DNA of 64,000 nt, taken from contig JBNZDD010013510.1 of assembly GCA_050575255.1 (NCBI GenBank), positions 124,001 to 188,000 of the forward strand, in the 5' to 3' direction. The translations under genes and the position numbers were made by a program. Below the pieces are notes generated by a model. It ran no database searches. It had not been told where the DNA came from and worked only from the letters and a program-made list of their open reading frames with translations. Positions 39,586-53,628 of the stretch are shown piece by piece. This DNA comes from Harriotta raleighana (lineage: Eukaryota). The stretch's first letter is position 1. The number at the start of each line of letters is the position of its first letter.

Positions 39586-39950
39586 AACAACTTGCATTTT
39601 TATAGCACCTTCCATGCTAGGTGATGCCTCAGAGTGCTTCACAATGGCGGAGCCAGGGGGAGAGGGAAAGTGGGCAGAAACACGGTTGACGAGAAAGGTC
39701 TTCAGGCGTGAACTGAAGGTGGGAAAGGAGGGAGCAAAGCAGAGGATTTGAAGGAGGGAATTCGAAAGTTTGGGGCTTAGTGGCTGAAAGTATGGCCGCC
39801 GATGGTGAAGTGGAAGATTTGGGGGACAAGGAAGAGGCCAGACACAGTACAGAGGAGGAAGTGGGTACTGCTACGAGGAGAGAGGTTAGAGAGGCAGTGG
39901 GGTGCAGAGGGGTGGAGGAATTTAAACACAAGAGTGAGGATCCTGAAAGT
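39586..39950 (-). mobile_element. L2-type LINE 3' fragment
   Basis: FRILTLVFKFLHPSAPHCLSNL-like ORF2 end plus (TTG)n tail. Confidence 0.75.
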
Positions 39951-42900
39951 GGCCAGACAGACATATCGGGTCTTCGGCAGCTCACACCACTGACCAATCT
40001 CTCCAGTCACCTCGGATACTCCCCGTCCACTGGGCCAGGAGCTGGCTTATCAAGACCTGGGGCTGTGGAACTAGAGATGTAGAGATGAGCAGATCTTTAC
40101 ACAGCTGCCAAGAGTACGTCATTGAAATGTATAGCCCCATTTGCAATAACAACACTACTGGAGTGAACCTGTAACCACCAGCGCAAAACCTGCCGGTCAC
40201 AGATGGTAATAAGAATCTCCAGATGCGTTCTTCCAGCAGCAGTTGTGACCAACATTCCCTCAAGGAACGCTGGAGCTCAGACTGACTTTGCTGGGAAATG
40301 GGCAGACACTGAGCGGCCTAAATTGCCAGATTCACAAAAGGAGCCACATTTGGCAAATCCCGGGCGGGTTTACAGCTGAACCAAAGGAAATCCATTCAGA
40401 CACAGAAGCCACAGAAATCGGAACTGCGATCGGCATCCGAGAGGCACTCGAGAGGGTCGGGTCTGATGAAGGTGTCAAGTGTAGGCCAGGAACTTCCGAA
40501 CAGGAAGCAACACAATTATTGGAAAGAATGTTATTCCTGCACATTTTCGAGTGGGTGGTTTCAGAGCAGAGGTCGGAGATGCGGGGACACCCTCAAGGAA
40601 AGGACCGGAAAGGCAGGAAAATTGGTTTAGAAAGAGCCGTCTCGTTTCATTTCAAGCTAACAAATAAAAATATATCGGGCGAAAAAAAGAGAGAGGAAAA
40701 AATAAGCAGAAAAACATGTGAGAGAAAATGCCCACACCTCCAAAAATAGGAGTACATTAAGGACATCTTAATTAAACAAAGAGCCTATATCTAAAACAGA
40801 ATCGAAGCTGTTGCACTTCAATCAAGGACCAACTCAAATGGACCCCACAAACACGAACAAGATAGGAAAAGCGAACATCTGACCAGTGCCCTAATAGAAA
40901 ATAAAAATGTTGTCAGTTGTCAGACAAAGTAGAGTTTTTGTCTCGACATGAAATACTATTTCCAGCGGTTTGGGACATTCTCCCGACGTGAAAGGCGCTA
41001 GATAAGTGTAATTTTGTTGTTGTTGTTGTTGTTATGAGGGAGGAAAGCGGGAAGGAGCATCTGTAGATGTGGCCACAAGGCTAACAAACAGACTTGTTCA
41101 CACCACAAACACTTACAAGGGGATGTTGTCTACAATTGCCTCCAAGCAATGTGTTTTTAAAACATACAACATTTTTTTTTAAAAATCGGTGGCAGACTGT
41201 CGAGCAAAACAAAATACGAGTGGGTGATCGAATGATTAACTTAATTGAACAGTCAGTTTGTGTGAGCACACTCAGAGATATTTTCCTGGACAAGGGATTT
41301 TAAAAAAAAACAAGTAAGCCAAATTTAAAAATAATGGAGGATTGACTAGGTTGCAGCTAGTTTGATGCCTAGCACCCAGAGCCCCCATGAAACATTTACT
41401 ATTGACATTTTACTTGATATGGATGCTTAGTGTGTCAGCAGACAGAACTGATGGGATAGAAACCGCTGTCACTCTCTAAGGTGCGTGAGAGCTGAAAGTC
41501 ATTCAGTTGTCAGGCTTCGAGTTCAGAAGTCATGCAGAGGAATAATAAATTGATCGTGTGTGGGTTGCTATTTGCCGTCAGCCACTCAAAACCAATATTG
41601 ATGTGCACAGCAATATTCTCATTTAGCAGTTGAATTCCATATTTAGTTAAGGGAGATAAGAGATTGTATACACGCACGCAATGATCAACTGCAACTACAC
41701 TAGAATCCATTCCAGGCCATTGGCTGGTGCAGTAATGACTGTGTTGAACAGGATCAGGATACTGATTGTGTGTTGGACAAACGGAAATATCTTAGCGATT
41801 ACAAACTTTGTTTTCCCATCGCAATCTTCTTTCCCTTTTCTCCCACCTAAAGCTGTTGAGTCATGCTGGGGTTCTGAAGCAACCCAAGTGGCCGAACATC
41901 TGCTGTTGTTTCATACAAAATACCCAAGTAAACTTTGTGACCATGGATGGGCGGGTTGGGTGAGGGATAGAGAGTAGAGGGAAAACATGAGACAAAAATC
42001 ACTGTGGAAACCCAATCCTTTTTTCATTCGATGTCCAATACACACTTATTCCAGCAACAGATCACTGCACTGACCAGAGAGACTAAGGCCAAACTCTAAC
42101 ACCATCTTGGCTGATTTAAACTAAAACAAAAAAANTTCCAAACCAGGTTTATGCCAGGTGTCTTGAGCAATTGGTTGAACTCCAACGAACAGTATTCTTT
42201 TTTTGGAAAGCAATGCTACTTTCTTGGAATTAAATAAACAAAAGACTTGTATATTATTGACGGCAGAACAGAGGAGATTAGTGAGAAATATCATGCAGGA
42301 TCTAAGGAGCAAGTTCAGAACACACAAGTCAGCACAACGTCAGTGTAAGATTGTAAACACAAGCAGCAAGTGAAGGAAACTCGCAACCAGACCTATCTGT
42401 ACCTGCACAGCAAATAGGAACAGAATGGGAAGAGAAGGAAGCTGCTCATGTGACATTTTTCCTCAGGCCTGGTAATGAGCAACAAGAAGAAGGTTCAAGA
42501 GAGCAACTGACAATTAGCATTTACATCTGTACAACTTAATTTGAGAAATAAGCAGAAGCCACCCATCAAAGCACAATCTTGGCTTCTGTGCTGCATCATG
42601 CACATGAGCTGCCCCCCCACCCTCCCCACCCCTCCTTGATGTGAAGAAACATTTTTGCGTTAAATAGAATTGACCTAGTCGATAAAACCAGACATCTGGG
42701 GAAAAAAAACGCTCTGTCCAGAAATGGATCGGAATAAAAACTGCTCCCTGTCCCTCCAGGGAGATGAGGATGGGTAGAGTTGTGATGAGCAGAGCAAACG
42801 TAACACTCTTTTTAAGAAACTGATCACGCAACACTGAAGGTATATTGACAATCACACTGGTTGTGTTGAGAGTCAGACATCCTTTCACAGGGGCCATTTG

Positions 42901-44584
42901 TGATGAACGACTGCTCACTGCCACACACTCACTGCATAACCAACCATTTCGGACCATTCAGAAGTTCAGTCACTTCAAGAATTTGATAGGAAAGACTTGA
43001 TATCACAAACCTCAACATTGATGCAATTGTTAAAAAAAAAACACAAAGGACTCAGACCAACTTAATGCAGTTTGGAAGCAATACATCACATCACACATAT
43101 CATTGGAACAAAAATCAACTCAATACTTTGGGGAAGCCAGAAGGAGGGAAAGGGGAGAGGAGGAGAAATGTAATAAAAGCTACATAAATGCAAAAACATT
43201 TATAATTTTATTTCAGACGTTGCTAGAGGGGGTTAATAAATTTATTGCTGGTGGGTTGTGCCACCTCCAAAGTTAATCAAGATGAATTATAGCAAATATC
43301 ACAGGTGATGCGGGCGTGTCTAAGCAAGATTTATTAACGGAAAGGTCAGGTCATAAAGAAAATATTGAGCGACAGTGCAGAAGAGCTGGGAACGATCGTT
43401 CCTAATGAAATATAATGACCCTTTGGGAATGCCAATAACATTTTGCACAATTGTTCTCCTTCTGGTAATGAGTCACGTCTAATTCCGACACTGAGCACTG
43501 AAATTCTAAAGAGAGGTCATTGTCGAACAAGTCTCATTATCGAAAGCACTCAAATGCTTCTCCGGTTCTGCTTTGGGACAAGGCAGAACACTTGTATATC
43601 GTGCAACATGGGAGAGAGAGAGGAGATCAAAGCAACACAATTATTCCTGTTATGGACATCAAAGGGATGTCCCAGAAAATAGTTTGGGGGGCGGGCGAAG
43701 AGAATTTATGACTTTATACATGTATATATTAAAAAGGACTAGTTTGGCCCTTAATAAAAAAGTTCCTTATATGAGCAGGTTACTCAGTATTGTCCCCAAA
43801 GATCTACCAACTAATATTGTGCAAGACTGACAGTTCAGAGGTGCTGTATGAAGATTTAATCCTATGCACTGTGTGGAGTCTTGCCTTACAAACAAAACTT
43901 GTTGGGAAGGCATCAAGAGGCCAGTTAAAGAGTTGCACTGACTTCACAATAAGGAATTCAACAGTGAAGGAAAAATAATGTCAAAATGTTTTTTAAACAA
44001 TTGGAAAAAGGCCTAAAGACTCTTCGGGTAGAGAACTCAATACCAGTTGGCCCGCAATTTCATTCTTGGTAATCAAGCTCTCTGTACCAAGATGATTTAT
44101 TTTATTATTTTTTTTGAAAAAAAGAAAAAAAAAGCCTCACTGAACACTTTGCGGAAAGCTGCTCAAAGGAAGGAATTTCCCATGTGATCATTGAGTGAAT
44201 GTCACTATCTGAATCATGGGTCATCAGTCAGCCCCAGAAGAGGGGCACAAAGTGAGTGTGTTAGAGCGCGGACATCTTGAGAAAGGATGCCGTTCTCCCT
44301 CTCTGAAGGCTGCAAATGAACTAAAACATGGGTGGTTAATTTGGGATGAGTGGAAGATTATTACAGCTCGATTAAATCAGATTGATAACCAACCAACTGA
44401 GGTCCACAGTGACCTAGGAGGATCTGGACAAAGGCCACGTTTTACCAGTAGAACCAATTTCTTCTCCAGCGTTTTTAATGGAAGCTAACACAGGAGGAGT
44501 GGAGAGGAAAAGACTTTGTGTTTGTCAAAACAATGAGGAGAAACTAAGGAGGGGAATTCTACAGGGGTGAGGTGGGCTGCTCAC

Positions 44585-44670
44585 CTTCTGTGCACCTGAG
44601 AACGCATGGTAGTAACATGAAACATAGGTCATTATAGCCTTTTCATCCGGCCTAAGCGTGCTCATAATAT
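44585..44670 (-). CDS. ACTN1: alpha-actinin-1 exon 8b (mutually exclusive tandem duplicate)
   Basis: (D)[28 protein letters not shown]; cag/gtgagc; 86 nt, same phase as 8a, mostly synonymous divergence. Confidence 0.92.
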
Positions 44671-44910
44671 CTGTGCAGAGGAGACAAGAAGAGATTGAGA
44701 AAACAAAGTGAGCTGAGCTCTGACCAGAGAGGAATCAAACGCTTGCCAAGCATGCAATGTGGGACATTCTTACCAAGAGCAGAAAGTTCAGCGTGGAGGC
44801 TGAACACAATTCAGCTGAAGAACAGGAAGGAGAGAGGAGTGGGAGGAAAGAAAAGCTTTTGGTTAGCCAGAGAAGTTTTTAAAAACTGCTGGATTCCTTT
44901 TTTGGGATAC

Positions 44911-44996
44911 CTTTTGGGCTCCTGAAAATGCATGGTAGAAGCTAGAGACATAAGTCATGATAGCTTTTTCATCCGGGCGAGCTGTACCCACAATGT
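44911..44996 (-). CDS. ACTN1: alpha-actinin-1 exon 8a (mutually exclusive)
   Basis: (D)[28 protein letters not shown]; cag/gtatcc; 86 nt. Confidence 0.95.
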
Positions 44997-46855
44997 CTGT
45001 CAGGAAACACAGGAGAAAAAGCCATTTTAAACAAGAAAACAATGCATTATGTTATTCATGGTTTAATTTACTAAAATGCCAATTGTGGGAGAAACTCAAG
45101 TTTTTTGGCATTTTGTATTTCNTATGTTATTCATGGTTTAATTTACTAAAATGCCAATTGTGGGAGAAACTCAAGTTTTTTGGGGGGGTTTTCCGCACCT
45201 CCATTTTGTATTTTTTGGCAATTGTATGACCACAGGAAATATAAAATTCACTGATTACATGGGGAACTCGGGAGCTGGAGGTCCGTCGTGGATTTTGTGG
45301 GTCTTGCATTTGCATTAAGTGGACTGTCCAGATTCAGCGAAGACTATCTTAAGCTATTCAAAACTTCTTAACATCCAATAAATATGCATACCTACAAACT
45401 ATTTCCATCCCATAGCCGTCGGATTTTAAAAGCTTATGGCTCTTACGAACGTTATCAAAACTGAATGGACAAATCTCACTTGTCAGGCACCTNAAAGCTT
45501 ATGGCTCTTACGAACGTTATCAAAACTGAATGGACAAATCTCACTTGTCAGGCAGGTGACANACCTGTAAAGTCCATTGGTTGCAGTCTTCTCCTCCCCT
45601 TTTCCCAGCCCATAATATTCCAGGAACATTAATTCTAGAGTCCAGCCAAGAGGGCCGTTTGTGTTGCAGCTGCTTTCAATCTATTATACTGACCATCAGC
45701 CAACTTTAAGTCGAAAACACTGTATTTGTACATTGATGGAGGAGTTGAGAGCGAAGGAACAGAAGTAAGTAATTTGGCATATTGAACAGGCTGTGCCATT
45801 TTAATAAATCATGGTGGATCCCCTTACATGCCAAATGTCTAACCATCTCCCTTTTAAACATCGCTTCAAGTTAGGGTCCATAGATTCTGAGCAGTGCAGT
45901 TCTCATTTTCACACTTTCCTTTCAGTTGCCACATGATGTCATGCCTTAATCCATTGGCCTAATCAGGAATGCCCCAATCCGGAATGAAAATAAACATATA
46001 TGCAGTCGAACATCAAGGGTAGTCCCAATACATCACAACACACCAATGCTTGGAATATTCAGGAACAAAAGTCATGCTAATCTGATCTTGCATATTGATC
46101 AAAAACATTTTAAAAAAACTACATAAAAATGGGAACCATGTGTATGCTCCAGGTTGGCACACCAACGAAAATATTGCCTAAACAATTTAAGGGTGATCAA
46201 TAACCGCAGTTTTTGTTAATTTAAATTATTGTCGTTGCAGCTTTGGTTCTAGAGGAGTTGGGTGATGTTTGATAACCAGAATTTCTGTAGTTGTATATTA
46301 TCTGTATTATAATAATAATATAATAATAATGAAATTACATTTACAGAGCGCCTTTCATGCCGGGAGGATGAAAGAGAGAGACTATTCCTCTAGCTCATCA
46401 ACGCAAATAGAAACAAATTAATGCAGCGTCTCTGTGGGCACCTCCGCAATATCACTGCTTTTGTGCGCTTTACAGATGGGCAGAGAGTAGCAATCTCAAA
46501 ACTTGCCCTTTTAGATCAGACAATAAATGGAAACATTGTGGAATTCAAATACATGCCCATGGATGGATAAACAAAGCACAAAACCCCAAAGGCAACGGCC
46601 TTATTCATTCCAATAACAATCTGACCACAATCGCAATAGCAATATAAACAGCACAGCTACCCTGAGATTTGGACTCAGCTACATTTGTAAAAGCCACGGA
46701 GAAAGTTGCCCTGTTAACTGTGTCGTCATTCGTGTTGTAGGAGCAGCTGACTGATAGTTACCATGGGGATATGTGTGGGGCAGACTTGGTTATTAGTTGC
46801 GCAGTTAAAAACAGCTCCAATCTCCTCTCGTCGCATTTAAATCAGACGGGGATCA

Positions 46856-47032
<177 letters not shown>

Positions 47033-47259
47033 TCAAGGGCACTTACAGCTTCAGTTACTGTCTAACATCAGCATTTTACAGTCAATTTACCGAAAAATGA
47101 TCAAAAGCCCTCAACATTCATAATATTTTATGGCTTGATGAAACGTGACAGATTGAAAATCTGTTTTAAGGGGACTAGTACTTAGAAAGAGCAGATCTAA
47201 GGTAATAACTGGAAGGCATCAATTGAAGATAGTTATTAATTGAGCAAATGGGGAGACTA

Positions 47260-47482
47260 GAAATGTTTTTGTGGACAGAGTAGTTAAGATATGGAACGAA
47301 TGTCGGGAGGGGTGGTTCAGGCAGAATCCAAATTGGCCTATAAGTGGGCACTGGAAAAAATACCCCAAAGAGTCAGCTATGGCAAAATGGCAGATAAACA
47401 GGACTGAAAGGATCGCTTTCAAGGTAGCTGGACACAAACTCAATGGATCGAATGGCCTTCAACTGTGCCATAAATTTCTATT
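47260..47482 (+). mobile_element. degenerate CR1-type LINE 3' end
   Basis: RVVKIWN ORF2 end motif and atggatcgaatggcct tail. Confidence 0.6.
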
Positions 47483-48524
47483 AGTCCAAGCCATTGGAAA
47501 GATCACCCTCCCTAATGAGAGCATGTTACGAGATGGAAGTGATCCTGAGTTACAAAATGCAAGAGAAATAGCATTGAAATCCCTCTGAATGATTCTTAAA
47601 TCCGATTTACCACATAGAGTGACATGCACGTGCAGATGAGTCCAGATTATATACCAGACAGTTGATGTAAAATAGACAGTGAGTCAAGGCAGCTGAAGAA
47701 TATCATACGCATCAGTTTGCAATGTGAAAAGCAAAATCTGTTAAAATACCTTACTTATTCAAGTGTCCTAAATGCAACTTCGTTAAATAATCTGCTTAGG
47801 GCTGATCAGAAACCATCTTCTGAGAGGCACCGTTAACAGATGCGGTTAGATTTCACGCAGAACGTCAAAGTGTTTCAGTTTGATTAGCCAAGCCAAACCT
47901 GACATCTTCTTGCTCTGGAAAATTCGGAGCTGCCCAACATTTGGATTGATTCAAGCTGAGGTTTAAACTTTGTGACAATTTCCCTACCTCAAATAAACCA
48001 AACATTTTTTGTGTCCCAACACAGTTTCTGACTATAGGATTAAATGTTCTATTGTTTGTGCACGTGTGCTAATCCTAGGGCCTGGATTCAAACCAATACA
48101 ATTAGCAAGTAATTCCTGCTTATTCAGGGGCTTACTGGACTGATTTAAATTTTTACATTTCCAGCAGAGTTTAATCAGGACAGTTCTGCAGCAAGTGCAA
48201 TCTATAAACTGCAAATCAGACAGGGTCATTACTCAAAACCAACAGTCACTGACACATCTGATTATTTCACCAGTTCATTGTAGTAACTTGCCCAGATGTA
48301 AGAGTGATGTCAAGTCTGCATTCTTTGGGAATCTTCAACAATGCAAAGTTTTTATGAAAACAGAAAGTGGTAGGTACAAAAATGTTTGTTTCCTTAATTC
48401 GTGAATTGTTCTTATCTCTACACGCCGCAAACCCTTTTACTCAAACCTTTCAGAGGATTCATATCGAACAGTTCTGCCAACTGATTCACAAAGAGTTAAT
48501 GGAGGTGCAGAAATGCAAATCCTA

Positions 48525-48893
<369 letters not shown>

Positions 48894-49222
48894 TCAGTTA
48901 CAAAATCATAATGGCAAGCCTCAAATCATTTGCCTTTACAAATCCCTGTGACCAATATCACCCACGCATCACTCAACAGATGTATTCATATTTTAGTTTC
49001 TATCATGTTCAGAATTTACCCAATTTGGATTTGACTGGGTCGATCCATTGTATTGCAGCTCACGTCCCTTAACACGTTGAAAGCAATTACACACCTGAAT
49101 TGTCTGATAACCACTTCAAATTAGTATTTCTAATTTATTATCTCTCAGCCACTTTTTTTTTGTTTTTTTAAAAAAAAACTACTATTCCTAAACAGGGTAA
49201 CACAACATTTTCAACAGGATTA

Positions 49223-49333
<111 letters not shown>

Positions 49334-49726
49334 TTACAGCAACTGTTACTGATAGATGTGAAAAGCGCTATATCAAATGCAAGGATTATTACCGTATTAT
49401 TATTATTATATCTGACAACCATTGGGCAAAGAAGCAGACAAAGAAATGTGTGTGAAGAAGTAGCGCAAGTTGATCTGCATTTGGCATGGAGTCCTTGGGA
49501 ATTCAATCTCCAGATGATTTCCAAATGTGAAACCCAACCTGTGAACCAGATTTCAATCTGTTTCTCACTGAACAGGTTTTTTTTGAAGCCTTGGATGGGA
49601 TACTTACCATACCTGTGACCCATGAACCCGTAACAGTTTTGCTTAATCATTATAAAGGACTGGCAGAAAGTCAATCCTTGCTCAGTCACATGAATGGCAG
49701 TCATTGGACATGTGTCAATTGACTTA

Positions 49727-49963
<237 letters not shown>

Positions 49964-52298
49964 TTACAATGTTAACTGGTGAGGACATTAATCATCATAC
50001 TATATGCATTGCAATGAAGGATACTTAACTTGGGACTCTTAACAGTTTCAAGGCACTGCAAAGATGCAGTTCATTTGGTCCATTTAGGTTTCACAGCTTC
50101 AATAAAAAAGTTATGATCGTAGGAAAAGGACACACTTCTATATCAGAGGAGCATGCTACAAGCAATTTCAAATTTCCTCCCGACGTGCAAGGCGCTCTAT
50201 CAATCTAATTTTGCTGTTGTTGTTGTAAATCAATGAAACAGGCATTAAATCACAATTTCGTATTTTCTGAGAGAAAGGGGTAATCAGCTAGGAATTTCAC
50301 ACATCCATCCACTCACGATTCAATTCTACATTGGCAGATCAAGGTCATTATTCTTAGGATATCTATCATCAGCATTCTGCAACTCACTGCCAGAATCTCT
50401 CAATGACTATTCACTGCCTATTGATTGTACAGTCCGCTTTACACTTCTGGCGACAATATCACCAAAATCAAGCGCATTAATAGCTAACGATCGCAAACTT
50501 CATTCAAAGTGCAAATTGGAATTCAGATTATTCAGGCATCATCTTAAATAGTACAATGAGACATTGTGAGTTTAATAGCATTGCAATGCGAACATTGCGC
50601 TGAACACATATGCTCCCAAACGCCTTTATGCCCACGATTTTTAAACGACAAGACAATTGGAATATCCAGTCTGTGTATACAGCACAATATTTTGTCATTC
50701 ATTTCCCAAGCAACTCGGGCTCTCACTCTGTTGCTCTAAAGTGCTTTCGATATTCGATGTAAAAGGTTCTATTTAAGTGCAAGATGTTGTTCCCACCATG
50801 GCCTACAGGCTGTGTTTGTGAAATCTCTTCCTCACTTGAAAAGATCTATTCTTCCTGAAGTTGATCCTCAATATCCACAATTACTGTACAATACTCATTT
50901 ACATTTTTAATACCAAACTACACCATGATGTTTACATTCAGCTTTTTACTGTTCTTCACATGAACTGTGAAAAATTGAGTGATAGAACATTATACAATTA
51001 GCATGGAAAATCACAGGAGTAACAAGTGATTATGTGTTACGCATTCAAAGATTAACGCAATTAACTACAGTTAGGGATAGTTTCAGAAAATCACTACCGA
51101 ATGAAACTCCCAGACTGCCACATCATTTCCTTCCATGGTTGCACATGCAACAACATTAGCAACAAGCCGTCTGCACTGAAAGTGATTCTTCAATCACACA
51201 AAGCTCATTAAGAGGAGAATTAGCTGCAAGAAATGAGGCCTACTTTGTGACAAAGAACACAGACGTTTCAAGTGCAGGAAAAGACAATCTGGTCCAACTG
51301 ACACTAATTTGTGACAGACCCTGGAAGTCTGTTAGTCTTTCAGTAAAGATGCTCTGCTCGATTTCCTATTCCCAACTTCCTCATGTTTATCTGGTGATCC
51401 CCAGTTTAAACGTTCATTGGCCAGTGCAATGGTGAAATATATGAAATAGCAAAATTATTTTTGCATGCCTTCCCAATATTTTGCATGCCTTCCACGCATA
51501 GTGTGTCTGTTCAAACAGAACACAAGTATAAGGTGGCGGCAAGTCTAGCAATGTGCTGGCTGAATCTGTGGTTGATTTCGACACAAGCCTGGTCAAATAG
51601 ATATTGCTCAGCTCTAACCAAGATAAGTCACACTGGGAGCAGAATTGTGCACTTATCAGCACAAGCTGAGACACTCCAGAGGCTTCCTCTTTTAGCTTTG
51701 ACTGGTAAGCGGGTAAAATGCAAAATATATTAAAATCTCTCTACAGAAGTTTCTACAATTAACATTAAGCAAACTATTTCTTCGCACGACCCTCCCATCC
51801 CATGACATCAACAACAGTGTGATAAAAGTTAGGCGATTGGCTTCGGAGGGTCCAAAACTCATCGAAAGGGGCGTTTTTTTTTCAATGCTGACATGCAATA
51901 AAACATTGATTAGTAGTGGTGAGGGCAGGCATTGTTTTAATTGCCACAAGACTGAATTGTTCTGCCCAATGTCACACACTGGCCTATATGGAACTTCTCC
52001 TAGTCATTTAAGACAGGCTAGAATGTGGCGAATAGATGTAAAAAGAGACAAGGAAAACAATATGTTTGCATTGCTATATAGGGCCTTTTCACATCAGGAA
52101 AACGTACCAATGTGCCTAATCATGGATAGCTCTTCAGCTGTTCCTTCAGCTGCCTGATAAACTGCCCTCAGTACTCGAGTACTGCTTCAGCAGCCTCAGT
52201 ACTCGAGATTTTAATCAAACGTTGCTCGTTAATTTGTTCTGCAATACCGACATGTCACAACCAAAGATAAATAATGGGCCAATGAAATATCTAATATT

Positions 52299-52643
52299 AA
52301 TAATAATCCTTGCATTTGATATAGCGCTTTTCATGCCTTCTAGACATCTGAAAGCGCTTCACATAATATACTGTAAAGTGAATTGACTGCATATTTGTAG
52401 GCGAATCGCAGTAGCAGCCAATTGCCAACAGCAGTGTCCCACAAAAGGTCGTGAATTGAAGTGACCAAATTATTACTGTGTGTTTTTTTTCCAAGCANTT
52501 ATTACTGTGTGGTTTTTTTCCAAGCATTATTATCAGGCTTGTGGAGTAAGGAAACTTGCCCAAGGTTTCGCCCTGCCTGGAATTGAATCCAGGTGTCTCG
52601 CTTGCAAGGTGAATGCTCTAACCACTGAGCTAGAGGACTCCAC
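52299..52643 (-). mobile_element. tRNA-derived SINE
   Basis: Family consensus. Confidence 0.85.
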
Positions 52644-53449
52644 TAGACTCTAGAAATGCCTTCTGTCCTGTGAAAAATTTAGTTTCATCCACATCAACCA
52701 TTTTTTACGCTGCCATGTAATCAAGTAGGGAAAACGTGGGAAGGGGGTAAATATACTGAGCTTATCACCCTCAGACTGCTGTGCTATTAATGGGGTTGAT
52801 GCATTGAATACCAGAGACTGGCAAATATGTAAATAAAAACATAACCAGCATTTCAGACAATATAAGAAAGGACAGGTGTTCACAGGCATTATCCTATACA
52901 AAGACCACCATATTAGTGTGAGCTGTTGTTGCTGAATCATTTTAATTTGCAGGGCTGCAGAACTAACAAGAGAAGCAATTCCAGAAATTGATGCCTTGCT
53001 CCGTAGACAACATGAAACACTTGTATGTTTAACCGCTCCAATACACTAAACTGATCCAACGATTCGAGACCAGTTGGCAGGAACGAGTTGTGCAAGTAGA
53101 ACAATAGGATTTGCATCTACACGCTGGTTTACTGGCAATATGTTTATTTGCAGCATCCCCTTGGTGTTGGAAACTGCCTTGGGAATCGACTGGCAGCAGA
53201 AGAAACCCCCAGAGAAAGCCACACTGTAGAGTTATTAAATTATGCCACCAACATAAATCATCCCAACCATTATTCTGTATGTTAAAAGTGCACACAAGTT
53301 TTGTGGCATACTGCCATTTGCAGACCAGATCAGTCTTTCCTAAGCAGCCACTGAACAAAATATGAATACTTTCACAAATTGAGGTTCACCCTGCAAACCA
53401 ACACTCTCAGCAGGCGGACTGTCCTCAGTTACATAAGCGTTGCGTTGCA

Positions 53450-53628
53450 TGGAGCTCTGTAGCTCAGTGGGTAGCGCACTCGCCTTACAAGTGAGAGGTC
53501 TGGGTTCAATTCCAGGCAAGTCAAAACCTTGGGCAAGTTTCCTTGCTCCACACACCTAATCGTAATCCCTCAAAAAAAACAAGAATTGGTTATTTCAATC
53601 CTTGACTGTTTGTGGGACATTGCTGTGC
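53450..53628 (+). mobile_element. tRNA-derived SINE, 3'-truncated
   Basis: Head and half of the body only. Confidence 0.8.

Noticed and set aside
40288-40749. 153-aa plus-strand ORF antisense to ACTN1
   Set aside because: Non-ATG start, no domain recognised, A-rich low-complexity end
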